From NCBI GenBank assembly GCA_002718895.1, contig PBGD01000002.1, forward strand, positions 800 to 64,799: a stretch of 64,000 bases of DNA, read 5' to 3'. Position 1 is the first letter of the stretch, and the number at the start of each line of letters is the position of its first letter. The DNA comes from Flavobacteriales bacterium (GTDB taxonomy: Bacteria > Bacteroidota > Bacteroidia > Flavobacteriales > TMED113). Both the position numbers and the translations under genes were made by a program. Below the pieces are notes generated by a model. That model saw only the letters and a list, made by a program, of their open reading frames with translations, searched no databases and was not told where the DNA came from. This document shows positions 19,135 through 28,656 of the stretch, piece by piece.

Positions 19135-20442
19135 ATGAAAAAAATTGTTTTTTTTTATTTATTTCATCTGACTACTCTTTATACATTTGCTCAATCTTTT
19201 AATTATTATGAAAATATCTATTTAAAAGACTATAATTACAAATTATCAATTCATGAGAATTACTATAATTACCCTCAAACAGTAAAAATTGAAAATACTA
19301 CAAATTCTTTATTAGATCCTATAATTAATTTAAACTCAACTGAAACACTAAAATTATCCTTTGATATCTTAGCAGATGAATATTCACCATTCGCGTATAC
19401 ATTTATCCATTGCAATGCAAATTGGGAATATTCAGATTTAAATCAATTAGAGTATCTTGAGGGGTTTTCAGAAAACTTTATTGAAAATTATAACTACTCA
19501 TTTAACACATTGACAAATTACATTCATTATGAATTTATTTTTCCCAATGAGACAGTCAAATTTAAAAAATCTGGAAATTATATTGTTTTAGTATATGATG
19601 TTGAAAAAAATATTCCTGTCATCACTAAAAGATTTTTAGTACATGAAAACATAGTTAATATTGAAATGGATGTTAAGCCCGCTATTCTTCCACAAAACAG
19701 AGAGACAAAGCAACAAATTAAATTAATTATTTCTGATTACAGAAGTCTAAATATTAATGATCCAGCTAGAGAAATAATTATAAATATTCAAAAAAATGAT
19801 AATTGGAATAATTTACTAAAAAATATTATGCCAAGCTTTATAAGTGATACCAAAATTGAATATGATAATCCGGCATTAATGACTTTCAATGGCGGAGACG
19901 AATTCAGAGATTTTGACATAAAAAGCTTAAGATACTTTGGTAAAAATATCAACTCTATTGAAACAAGATATATTCAAGGATCTAAAATACATTTAGTAGA
20001 TTTATATAAAGATTTAATATTAAAATATGAAGATTATAAATTTAAATATGATTTAAATGGCAAATTTACAACCTCTATTTCCGAAATGAAAAATAAAGAT
20101 CTTGAAGCAGATTATTCTTTAGTAAAGTTTAGATTAAAAACTGATAAATTAATTAAAAAAGATATATACATATATGGGGAATTAACTAATTGGGATACTA
20201 TTCCATTGGCAAAAATGAATTTTGACCTAAAACACAATGAATATTATGGTTATTTATTTTTAAAACAAGGATATTATAATTATAAATATGTTACAAATCA
20301 AAATAATATAGTTTCTTCTATTGAAAACAACTTTAAAGAAACAAGAAATCAATACTCAGCTTATGTATATGTAAGAATTTTGGGTTCTAGCTATGATAGA
20401 CTAGTTGGAATTGCAAAAAATAATTCAAATTCTCTAAACTAA
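19135..20442 (+). CDS. Secreted DUF5103-like protein (possible T9SS plug-protein family)
   Basis: Signal peptide. Motifs I associate with DUF5103: HCNANWEYSDLNQLEYLEGF, SGNYIVLVYD, and a C-terminal YGELTNW...Y.YKYV. This is a recollection-based assignment. Confidence 0.45.
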   Translation: MKKIVFFYLFHLTTLYTFAQSFNYYENIYLKDYNYKLSIHENYYNYPQTVKIENTTNSLLDPIINLNSTETLKLSFDILADEYSPFAYTFIHCNANWEYSDLNQLEYLEGFSENFIENYNYSFNTLTNYIHYEFIFPNETVKFKKSGNYIVLVYDVEKNIPVITKRFLVHENIVNIEMDVKPAILPQNRETKQQIKLIISDYRSLNINDPAREIIINIQKNDNWNNLLKNIMPSFISDTKIEYDNPALMTFNGGDEFRDFDIKSLRYFGKNINSIETRYIQGSKIHLVDLYKDLILKYEDYKFKYDLNGKFTTSISEMKNKDLEADYSLVKFRLKTDKLIKKDIYIYGELTNWDTIPLAKMNFDLKHNEYYGYLFLKQGYYNYKYVTNQNNIVSSIENNFKETRNQYSAYVYVRILGSSYDRLVGIAKNNSNSLN

Positions 20443-20483
20443 TTTATTTATTCTTAATTTTAAGAATATAATTTAATTCCAAA

Positions 20484-22115
20484 ATGAAAAATAATATATC
20501 TAGCGTCCCTTTGCCGAATTGCGAAACAGTTAAATCATACGCGCCAAATTCACCTGAAAGAAAATTAGTTTTAGACCAATACAAAAAATATTATAATAAA
20601 AGTATTGATATTCCAATGTACATTGGTGGCAAGAATATTAAAACAAAAAAAACAAAAAACATAACTCCACCTCATGATCACAAACATATTATTGGTAAAT
20701 ATTATTGTGGAGACAAAACACATGTAGAAAGCGCAATTAACGCAGCATTAAAAGCTAAAATTGATTGGGAAAAAACGCCATGGGAAGAAAGAGCATCAAT
20801 TTTTTTAAAAGCCGCTGAATTATTAGCTGGACCATATAGACAAAAAATGAATGCAGCTACAATGATTGGTCAATCTAAAAATGTTTTTCAAGCTGAAATT
20901 GATGCAGCTTGTGAATTTATCGATTTTTTAAGATTTAATGTTCAGTATTTAACTGATATATATAAAAATCAGCCGAATTCATCAAGAGGTATTTGGAATA
21001 GAATGGAATATCGACCATTAGAAGGGTTCATTTATGCGATCACCCCATTCAATTTCACTTCAATTGCTGCTAACCTTTGTATAGCGCCAGCAATAATGGG
21101 TAATACGATAGTTTGGAAACCTTCAGATCACCAAATTTATTCTACCAAAATAATTATTGATTTACTCAAAGAGGCAGGACTCCCTGATGGAGTAATTAAT
21201 GTAATTTATACAGAACCAAAAATGACAAGTAAAATCATTTTCAATCACCATGATTTTGCAGGCCTACATTTTACTGGATCAACACAAGTTTTCAAAAGTA
21301 TTTGGAAAACAATTGGTAGTAATATTTATAATTATAAAAATTTCCCTAGGATTGTTGGTGAAACAGGGGGTAAAGATTTTATTTTAGCTCATAACTCAGC
21401 AAATATAAAAGAAGTCACCACTGCGTTAATTAGAGGGGCATTTGAGTATCAAGGGCAAAAATGTTCAGCTGCATCTAGAGCTTATTTGCCAAAAAGTAAA
21501 TGGGATAGCATACAGAAAGAATTGATTAAAGAATTAAAAACAATAAAAATTGGCTCACCTTATGATTGTTCAAATTTTATGAATGCAGTTATACACAAAG
21601 AATCATTTACAAAACTTACAAATACAATTAAAAAAATTAAAAAAGATAAATCTATTGCGAAAATTATTTATGGAGGAAATTTTGACGGATCTAAAGGATA
21701 CTTCATTGAACCAACAATAGTACTAACTAAAAAACATAATTACTTTACCATGAGTGAAGAATTATTTGGCCCAATTTTAACAATCTACATATATGAAGAT
21801 AAAGAATTTGAAAAAACTTTAAGAAAAATAGATACAACATCTGAATATGCTCTTACTGGGGCAATTTTTTCAAAAAATAGATCTATAATTAGAAAAACTC
21901 TTTATCAACTTAGAAATGCTGCTGGCAACTTCTACATTAATGATAAACCAACTGGAGCAGTTGTATCACAACAACCATTTGGTGGTTCTAGATCATCTGG
22001 AACAAACGATAAAGCTGGATCTTATCTAAACTTATTAAGATGGGTTTCGCCACGTACTATAAAGGAAAACTTTACACCTGAAAGAAATTACAGGTATCCG
22101 TTTCTTGGACAATAA
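20484..22115 (+). CDS. pruA: L-glutamate gamma-semialdehyde (1-pyrroline-5-carboxylate) dehydrogenase
   Basis: Aldehyde dehydrogenase fold with catalytic Glu (VGETGGKDF) and Cys (YQGQKCSAASR). The 543-aa length is typical of stand-alone P5CDH. Confidence 0.85.
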   Translation: MKNNISSVPLPNCETVKSYAPNSPERKLVLDQYKKYYNKSIDIPMYIGGKNIKTKKTKNITPPHDHKHIIGKYYCGDKTHVESAINAALKAKIDWEKTPWEERASIFLKAAELLAGPYRQKMNAATMIGQSKNVFQAEIDAACEFIDFLRFNVQYLTDIYKNQPNSSRGIWNRMEYRPLEGFIYAITPFNFTSIAANLCIAPAIMGNTIVWKPSDHQIYSTKIIIDLLKEAGLPDGVINVIYTEPKMTSKIIFNHHDFAGLHFTGSTQVFKSIWKTIGSNIYNYKNFPRIVGETGGKDFILAHNSANIKEVTTALIRGAFEYQGQKCSAASRAYLPKSKWDSIQKELIKELKTIKIGSPYDCSNFMNAVIHKESFTKLTNTIKKIKKDKSIAKIIYGGNFDGSKGYFIEPTIVLTKKHNYFTMSEELFGPILTIYIYEDKEFEKTLRKIDTTSEYALTGAIFSKNRSIIRKTLYQLRNAAGNFYINDKPTGAVVSQQPFGGSRSSGTNDKAGSYLNLLRWVSPRTIKENFTPERNYRYPFLGQ

Positions 22116-22124
22116 AAAATAACA

Positions 22125-22412
22125 ATGAAAAAAATTCCTAATTGGCTTAAAAATAGATACTTATTATCTGCTATCATCTTTACAATTTGGATGACATTTT
22201 TTGATACTAGTTCACTCTTAGTTAAATATCAAAAAAATAAAGAAATAAAAAAACTTGAAAATGATGTGCATTTTTATCAAAATGAAATTAAAAAAGACCA
22301 AAATTTAATTAAAATTCTTTCTTCCGACTCGCTAACACCAGAACTAGAAAAATATCTTAGAGAAGAAATATTTTTATCTAAAAAAAATGAAGAGATTTTT
22401 ATTATTAATTGA
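22125..22412 (+). CDS. Septum formation initiator (FtsB/DivIC-like) family protein
   Basis: 95 aa. One TM helix followed by a coiled-coil-like segment. Overlaps the next gene by 4 nt. Confidence 0.5.
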   Translation: MKKIPNWLKNRYLLSAIIFTIWMTFFDTSSLLVKYQKNKEIKKLENDVHFYQNEIKKDQNLIKILSSDSLTPELEKYLREEIFLSKKNEEIFIIN

Positions 22413-25411
22413 AAATGAATAAAAATAAACTTTTTCACTCACCTAATTTTTTCACGAGTCAAACAAAAAAGGATTGGCAAAATGCAACACGTGGTAAAAA
22501 AATATCACATATTTTTCACAAAAAAAAATATGATCCGATATACTTTAAAGATGAAAAAATTCCCAATTCAACATTTTTATATAATACAGCCGACAATGTA
22601 TGGAAAATAAATGTTGAAATTAAAATTAAAAATGAAGAAGAAGCAAATAAAAAAGCACTTGAATATTTAAACCTAGGTATTAACTCTATAACATTTAGTG
22701 ATTTCAAGAATCACGAATTAAAAAAAATCCTTAGAGGAATTCATGTAGAAATAATAGAAATAAATTTTAAAAATTTTAAAAACCTTGATAATCTAGTATT
22801 TCAGATTAATCAATTTGCAATTAATAAACAGATTGATTGCAGAACATTAAAAGGCATATTTTATAATAAAAATATTTCAGAATCTGAATACAGAAAATAC
22901 TCAGAAATTTTACCTGAATTTAAGTTTCTAGAAGAATCTATTTTATTAAATGAAGAGAAACATTCTTTTGTTAAAAAGAAACACATAGTCTTTAAACTAA
23001 ACGCCACAAAATCAATTTTTGAAGATATCACAAGAATAAGAGCATTTAGAATTAGATTTGAAAACAAATTCCATTTTACTCCATACATTGAAACTTTAAT
23101 TAGATCAACAGAAAAACAATATAATCCACTTATAGAATCCTGTGTAAAATCAATATCCTCAATTTTAGCTGGAATTTCATCAGTTTTTATTCCCGATAAC
23201 AAAACTGAAAACACTCGACTAATCATACAACAACAACTTATATTAAAAAATGAATCTTATTTACACAAAGTCAATGATCCACTCAATGGGAGTTATATAA
23301 TTGAGAAAATCACAAATGATTTAATTAATGAAAAGGTAAAGACATCTCACAACATAAAATTCACAAAATGGCAATGTTCAGAACAAATAAGATTAAAATC
23401 AAAATACTCAAATGATGATACTAAAAATTTGACTCATACATCTTTTGGTGTTGGTACCCCCCCTTATTTAAGGGGACCATATTCAACAATGTATTCTGAA
23501 AAAAAATGGACTATTCGTCAATATGCAGGTTTTTCAACCGCAAAAGAATCTAATGATTTTTATAAAAAAAATCTTTCAGCTGGACAAAGTGGTCTATCTG
23601 TCGCTTTTGACTTACCAACTCATAGAGGATATGATTCAGATCATGATAGGGTATTTGGAGATGTAGGTAAAGCAGGTGTTGCTGTAGATAGCATCCAAGA
23701 TATGGAAGAACTATTTGAAGGAATTGATTTAAACAAAACATCTGTGTCTATGACAATGAATGGAGCTATCTTACCTGTAATGGCCTTTTTTATTGTAATG
23801 TGTAAAAATAAAGATATTCAACTATCCAAAGTTAGAGGCACAATTCAAAATGATATATTGAAAGAGTTTATGGTCAGAAACACTTACATTTATCCTCCTA
23901 GTGAATCTATGTATATTGTAAGTGATATTTTTAAATATATGGCTAAAAATATGCCGAAATTTAATTGCATTAGTGTGAGTGGTTATCACATGCTTGAAGC
24001 CGGAGCAAGTGCTGATATTGAAGTTGCATATACTTTATCAGACGGATTAGAATATGTCCGAACTGGAATATCAGCAGGATTAGACATAGATGATTTTGCA
24101 CCTAGATTATCATTTTTTTGGGGAATAGGAATGAATTTTTTTACTGAAATAGCAAAAATGAGAGCAGCAAGAATAATTTGGGCAGATTTAATGAAAGATT
24201 TTAAACCTAAAAATGAAAAATCAATGATGTTAAGATGTCATTGTCAAACATCTGGATGGAGCTTAACAGCACAAGAACCAGAAAATAATATTACAAGAAC
24301 AACAATAGAAGCACTAGCTGCTATCTTGGGTGGCACACAATCACTTCATACAAATGCATTAGACGAAGCAATTAGCTTACCCACAAATTATTCTGCTAAA
24401 ATTGCTAGAGACACACAATTATTTTTACAAAATGAAACTGATTTATGCAAATTAATTGATTCATTTGGCGGCTCATATTATTTAGAAAAACTTACACATG
24501 ATATTAAGAAAAAAGCTCAAGAACATATAAAAGAAATTGAGAAAGCAGGGGGAATGCTTAAAGCCATTGAACAAGGTATGCCCAAATTAAAAATAGAAGA
24601 ATCAGCTATTAGAAGACAGTCATTAATTGATAAAAAAGACAATTTAATAGTTGGTTTAAATTGCTACATAAATAAAGCCCAAAAAGAAATTGATGTACTA
24701 GAGGTTGATAATAAGAAAGTTCAAAAAGTTCAAATAGAAAAGATCCAGAAGTTAAAAAAACAAAGAGATGATCAATTAGTAACAAGTAACTTACAAAAGC
24801 TTACTAAAGCTTGTATAACAAAAAAAACTAACTTGATGCAATTAGCTATTGCTTGTGCACAGTCAGGAGCCACTTTAGGTGAGATTTCAGATGCATGTGA
24901 AAAATCATTTTCAAGATATATAGCAAAAACATCATTAAATTCTGGAATATACTCTATGGAACAAAAAAATGAAATTAAATTTATTGAAGCTCAAAAATTA
25001 ACTAAAAAATTTAAAAAAAATAATGGTCGAAGACCTAGAATATTAGCTGCAAAACTTGGACAAGATGGACATGACAGAGGGATTAAAGTAATAGCAACTA
25101 GCTTTGCAGATATTGGTTTTGATGTAGATATAGCTCCACTTTTTCAGACACCTAAAGAAATTGCAAAACAAGCCATAGAAAATGACGTACATATTATAGG
25201 CATATCATCGTTAGCCGGCGGACACAATAGTTTGATTCCTGAACTAATTCAGCTTTTAAAACAAAATATGAGACAAGATATTGTAGTCATTATTGGTGGA
25301 ATAATTCCAAAAAAAGATTATAATTTTCTTAGGGAAAAAGGTGTGAAAAAAATATTTGGACCAGGAACAGTTGTGGTTGATGCAGCTATTGAAATTCTAA
25401 AACAATTATAA
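22409..25411 (+). CDS. Fused methylmalonyl-CoA mutase: MutA-like N-terminal barrel, MutB catalytic barrel and B12-binding domain
   Basis: Residues ~1-320 resemble the small subunit (FEDITRIRAFRIRFE, SISSILAGISSVF, VNDPLNGSYIIEKIT). The rest is the large subunit (RGPYSTMY, TIRQYAGFST, GLSVAFDLPTHRGYDSD, HTNALDEA) with the cobalamin DxHxxG motif (GQDGHDRG). Confidence 0.9.
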   Translation: MKMNKNKLFHSPNFFTSQTKKDWQNATRGKKISHIFHKKKYDPIYFKDEKIPNSTFLYNTADNVWKINVEIKIKNEEEANKKALEYLNLGINSITFSDFKNHELKKILRGIHVEIIEINFKNFKNLDNLVFQINQFAINKQIDCRTLKGIFYNKNISESEYRKYSEILPEFKFLEESILLNEEKHSFVKKKHIVFKLNATKSIFEDITRIRAFRIRFENKFHFTPYIETLIRSTEKQYNPLIESCVKSISSILAGISSVFIPDNKTENTRLIIQQQLILKNESYLHKVNDPLNGSYIIEKITNDLINEKVKTSHNIKFTKWQCSEQIRLKSKYSNDDTKNLTHTSFGVGTPPYLRGPYSTMYSEKKWTIRQYAGFSTAKESNDFYKKNLSAGQSGLSVAFDLPTHRGYDSDHDRVFGDVGKAGVAVDSIQDMEELFEGIDLNKTSVSMTMNGAILPVMAFFIVMCKNKDIQLSKVRGTIQNDILKEFMVRNTYIYPPSESMYIVSDIFKYMAKNMPKFNCISVSGYHMLEAGASADIEVAYTLSDGLEYVRTGISAGLDIDDFAPRLSFFWGIGMNFFTEIAKMRAARIIWADLMKDFKPKNEKSMMLRCHCQTSGWSLTAQEPENNITRTTIEALAAILGGTQSLHTNALDEAISLPTNYSAKIARDTQLFLQNETDLCKLIDSFGGSYYLEKLTHDIKKKAQEHIKEIEKAGGMLKAIEQGMPKLKIEESAIRRQSLIDKKDNLIVGLNCYINKAQKEIDVLEVDNKKVQKVQIEKIQKLKKQRDDQLVTSNLQKLTKACITKKTNLMQLAIACAQSGATLGEISDACEKSFSRYIAKTSLNSGIYSMEQKNEIKFIEAQKLTKKFKKNNGRRPRILAAKLGQDGHDRGIKVIATSFADIGFDVDIAPLFQTPKEIAKQAIENDVHIIGISSLAGGHNSLIPELIQLLKQNMRQDIVVIIGGIIPKKDYNFLREKGVKKIFGPGTVVVDAAIEILKQL

Positions 25412-25413
25412 CT

Positions 25414-25896
25414 ATGAATTTAATAGATTATATAAAAGGACTCCAAAAAAACGACAGGAGCATATTATCAAAATCTATAACTTTAATTGAAAGCAGCTTA
25501 ACAAAAGATAAAGAAAAGAGCGTAAAACTAATAAACCATTGTTTAAAGCAAAAACATAAATCTCTTCGAATAGGCATTACGGGTACACCAGGAGTAGGAA
25601 AAAGTACATTTATTGAAGCATTGGGCCAAAAAATTATTAATGACGGAAATAAAGTTGCTGTACTTGCAATTGATCCAAGTAGTCACATATCTAATGGGAG
25701 CATTCTAGGAGATAAAACAAGAATGCAACAGCTTAGTAATTCTACAAACGCTTTTATTCGTCCTTCTCCCAGTGAAGGACATTTAGGTGGTGTAACATAT
25801 AATACTAAAGACTTAATTACTTTATGTGAGGCTGCTGGATACAATGTAATTATTATAGAAACTGTGGGAGTTGGACAATCAGAATTCTTAGTATAA
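25414..25896 (+). CDS. meaB: MeaB/ArgK methylmalonyl-CoA mutase-associated GTPase, N-terminal part (ends at an in-frame TAA)
   Basis: G1 P-loop GITGTPGVGKST, AVLAIDPSS, GSILGDKTRM, FIRPSPSEGHLGGV, ETVGVGQSE. The ORF stops right after the G3 region. Confidence 0.8.
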   Translation: MNLIDYIKGLQKNDRSILSKSITLIESSLTKDKEKSVKLINHCLKQKHKSLRIGITGTPGVGKSTFIEALGQKIINDGNKVAVLAIDPSSHISNGSILGDKTRMQQLSNSTNAFIRPSPSEGHLGGVTYNTKDLITLCEAAGYNVIIIETVGVGQSEFLV

Positions 25897-25899
25897 TCA

Positions 25900-26361
25900 A
25901 TGACAGACTTCTATGTTTATCTCACTTTATCTGAAAATGGCGACGAATTACAATATATAAAAAAAGGAGCATTTGAATTAACTGATTTTATTATCATAAA
26001 CAAATCTGACATTAATCAAAAAAAAGCAAATCAAACTAAAACAATTTTACAATCTCATTTAAATAATTATAATAATAAAAAACAAACAGTATTCACTTGT
26101 TCAGCATTGAATAAAACAAACATCAATAAAATATGGGAACATATTTATAAAGAATTTTCTCAAAATTTTAATAATGGTAATATTGAAAAAAAGAGAAAAA
26201 AACAAAATATTTTTTGGTTCAAAAAGTATATAGTTTCAGAGTATATAGAATTATTAAATAAAAATGATAATTATAATAAACTAATAAAAAATTACAATAA
26301 GAACTCAATCACTAATCCAAGAATGGAAGCAGCAAAATTTATTAAAAAATTAATAAATTAA
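25900..26361 (+). CDS. meaB: MeaB/ArgK GTPase, C-terminal part (same frame as 25414..25896, restarts one codon after the stop)
   Basis: GDELQYIKKG, the G4 motif IINKSD and the G5 motif TCSAL. Collinear with the MeaB family, with no gap relative to the upstream fragment. Confidence 0.7.
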   Translation: MTDFYVYLTLSENGDELQYIKKGAFELTDFIIINKSDINQKKANQTKTILQSHLNNYNNKKQTVFTCSALNKTNINKIWEHIYKEFSQNFNNGNIEKKRKKQNIFWFKKYIVSEYIELLNKNDNYNKLIKNYNKNSITNPRMEAAKFIKKLIN

Positions 26362-27320
26362 TATAAATTTTTAATAATTTGACTCACAGAAACATCCTCC
26401 GCATGTGCCTTATAACTTCTAACAATTCGATGACCTAATACAAAAGATGAAATGCTTTGAACATCTTCAATATCTGGAGTGAACTTTCCTGACAAAATAG
26501 CATTTACTTTTGCCCCTCTAATTAAATATTGAGAAGCTCTTGGACCTGCACCAAATTTAATGTACTTATTGACATAAGAAGATGATTTTGATAAATTGGG
26601 ACGAGTTTTATGGACTAATTGAACAGCATAATTAATTACATTATCATTAACTGGAATATCGATAATAAGTTGCTGAAATTTTAAAATATCTTGAGAAGTA
26701 AAAACTTGTTGCACATCACTTGTCTTAGACAAAGTAGTCTTTTTGACAATTGCAAATTCTTCCTCAATTGAAGGATAATCAAGTGAAATACTATACATAA
26801 ATCTATCTAACTGTGCTTCAGGTAGCGGATAAGTACCTTCTTGTTCAATTGGATTTTGAGTAGCTAAAACAAAAAATGGATTTGATAGAAAATGAGTCTT
26901 ACCACCTATAGTAACAGATTTCTCTTCCATAGCTTGAAGTAATGCAGACTGAGTTTTAGGTGGAGTACGGTTTATTTCATCAGCTAATAATATATTACAA
27001 AAAACAGGTCCCTGTATAAATTGAAATTTTCTATCTTCATTTAAGATATCATTACCCAATATGTCCGATGGCATTAAATCTGGAGTAAACTGAACACGAT
27101 TAAAATCAAGTCCTAAAATTTTTGCGATTGTATTTACCAATAGTGTTTTTCCTAAACCAGGAACTCCCACTAACAAAGCATGACCACCAACAAAAATAGT
27201 ACTAAGAATTTGTTTAATAACTTCTTCTTGACCAATAATAACCTTGGCAATTTCTTGTTTAGTTAAATCATATTTATCAATTAGCAGTTTAACTAATTGT
27301 AATTCTTCATTTTTAGTCAT
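26358..27320 (-). CDS. MoxR-family AAA+ ATPase
   Basis: Walker A GVPGLGKT, Walker B LLADEINRTPPKTQSALL, ATQNPIEQEGTYPLPEAQLDRF. 320 aa. Confidence 0.9.
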   Translation of the reverse strand: MTKNEELQLVKLLIDKYDLTKQEIAKVIIGQEEVIKQILSTIFVGGHALLVGVPGLGKTLLVNTIAKILGLDFNRVQFTPDLMPSDILGNDILNEDRKFQFIQGPVFCNILLADEINRTPPKTQSALLQAMEEKSVTIGGKTHFLSNPFFVLATQNPIEQEGTYPLPEAQLDRFMYSISLDYPSIEEEFAIVKKTTLSKTSDVQQVFTSQDILKFQQLIIDIPVNDNVINYAVQLVHKTRPNLSKSSSYVNKYIKFGAGPRASQYLIRGAKVNAILSGKFTPDIEDVQSISSFVLGHRIVRSYKAHAEDVSVSQIIKNLY

Positions 27321-28656
27321 TTAATAAATCATTATAAAATTTAAATTTTTTCATATCATCATTACAATGAATGTATATTTTATTTATATGTTCAGAGTAC
27401 CAATTCATTAAAACCTCCTCCTGTTTAATCTGATAACAAAATTGTTGAAGAAACGCATAATCATCTTCAATATTAGCTATATGTCCATCAATTTTATCAA
27501 CTAATTTAACTATTCTGTATGCTTCTTGACCATTTAATAATTTAATATAAATTGGATCAGACATCTCTCCAATATCTAAAGAATTTATATTATTAAATAA
27601 TGTATTATCAATATCACTTTTTGAAAAAAGAGAACTATTTGTATTAGGATTAATTAATAAACCTCCATTAAATTTTGTTTCATTATCATCAGAAAATTTA
27701 GCGGCATATTCGGAAAAAGTATTGGTCTCAAGAATAATTTCTTGTCTTAAAGAGTCTAAAAAACCTTTTGATGAAAGCATTTCATAGTTAGATATTTTGG
27801 GCGTCATTAAAATATGACGAATATCTACCTCATTACCTCTCCTATCAATTAATTGTGCAACATGATAACCGTATTCTGTTTTAAAAATATCTGAAATTTC
27901 ATTTATTTTTAAAGAAAAAGCTACAGACTCAAATTCTTTAACAAAGTCACCTTTTTTAACTCCGAAATATGCACCACCATTTCTGGATGAACCAGGGTCT
28001 TCGGAATAGAGTATAGCCATCGTAGAAAAATCTGCACCTTTTTCTACAATACGTAATCTTAGATCTTCTAATTTTGTTAAAACTTCTTCAATAGACTTTT
28101 TCGATGCATCAGGAACTTTTAAAATATGACCAATTTGAAATTGAGTTTCTATAAAAGGTAAGCTATCTAAATTCTTGTAAATATTTTTAATGTCCTTGGG
28201 TGAAATATTAATGTTTTTTGTAATCTCGTATTTCATTTTTTGAGTCAATAATTGATTTTTAACAAGAGGTTGCATCTCTTCTTTTAACTGATTGATTGAC
28301 TTATTGAAATATGTCTCAATTTTTTCTAATGAACCTAATTGTTCTTCAAAAAAGAATAATCTTTGATTTATGGTATTATCAATTTCTGACTGATCAACTT
28401 CAATACTATCGACTAAAGCAAAGTGTAATAAAACTTTTTCAAAGAAAAGATCCTTAATAATGTTTTCTTTTAACTGATTTTCATTTTCCAAAGTAATATT
28501 TTGACTTTTATATTGAAACAATTGATTATCAATATCACTGTGTAATATAACATGTTCTCCAACAGTAGCAAAAATCCCATCTACAACATTCTTTTCTTGC
28601 GTTTTTACAAAGAAGATGATAAAGTAACATATAAAAAAAATATAATTCTTACTCAT
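27313..28656 (-). CDS. SurA-like periplasmic chaperone / parvulin-type peptidyl-prolyl isomerase
   Basis: Signal peptide. SurA N-terminal-like region. Parvulin domain (GHILKV...GGAYFGVKKGDFVKEFE...TEYGYHVAQL). Confidence 0.75.
   Translation of the reverse strand: MSKNYIFFICYFIIFFVKTQEKNVVDGIFATVGEHVILHSDIDNQLFQYKSQNITLENENQLKENIIKDLFFEKVLLHFALVDSIEVDQSEIDNTINQRLFFFEEQLGSLEKIETYFNKSINQLKEEMQPLVKNQLLTQKMKYEITKNINISPKDIKNIYKNLDSLPFIETQFQIGHILKVPDASKKSIEEVLTKLEDLRLRIVEKGADFSTMAILYSEDPGSSRNGGAYFGVKKGDFVKEFESVAFSLKINEISDIFKTEYGYHVAQLIDRRGNEVDIRHILMTPKISNYEMLSSKGFLDSLRQEIILETNTFSEYAAKFSDDNETKFNGGLLINPNTNSSLFSKSDIDNTLFNNINSLDIGEMSDPIYIKLLNGQEAYRIVKLVDKIDGHIANIEDDYAFLQQFCYQIKQEEVLMNWYSEHINKIYIHCNDDMKKFKFYNDLLND

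Noticed and set aside
20450-20467. AT-rich palindrome ATTCTTAA-TT-TTAAGAAT just after the stop of the gene at 19135..20442.
   Set aside because: The stem is almost pure A/T, the loop is tiny, and there is no clear T-tail. It cannot be distinguished from background AT-rich symmetry.
25894-25896. The in-frame TAA in meaB as evidence for a reassigned stop codon or alternative genetic code.
   Set aside because: It is the only interrupted conserved gene in 64 kb. Dozens of other genes terminate where expected under the standard code, many at TAA (for example yajC, rpsO and the tmRNA tag frame).
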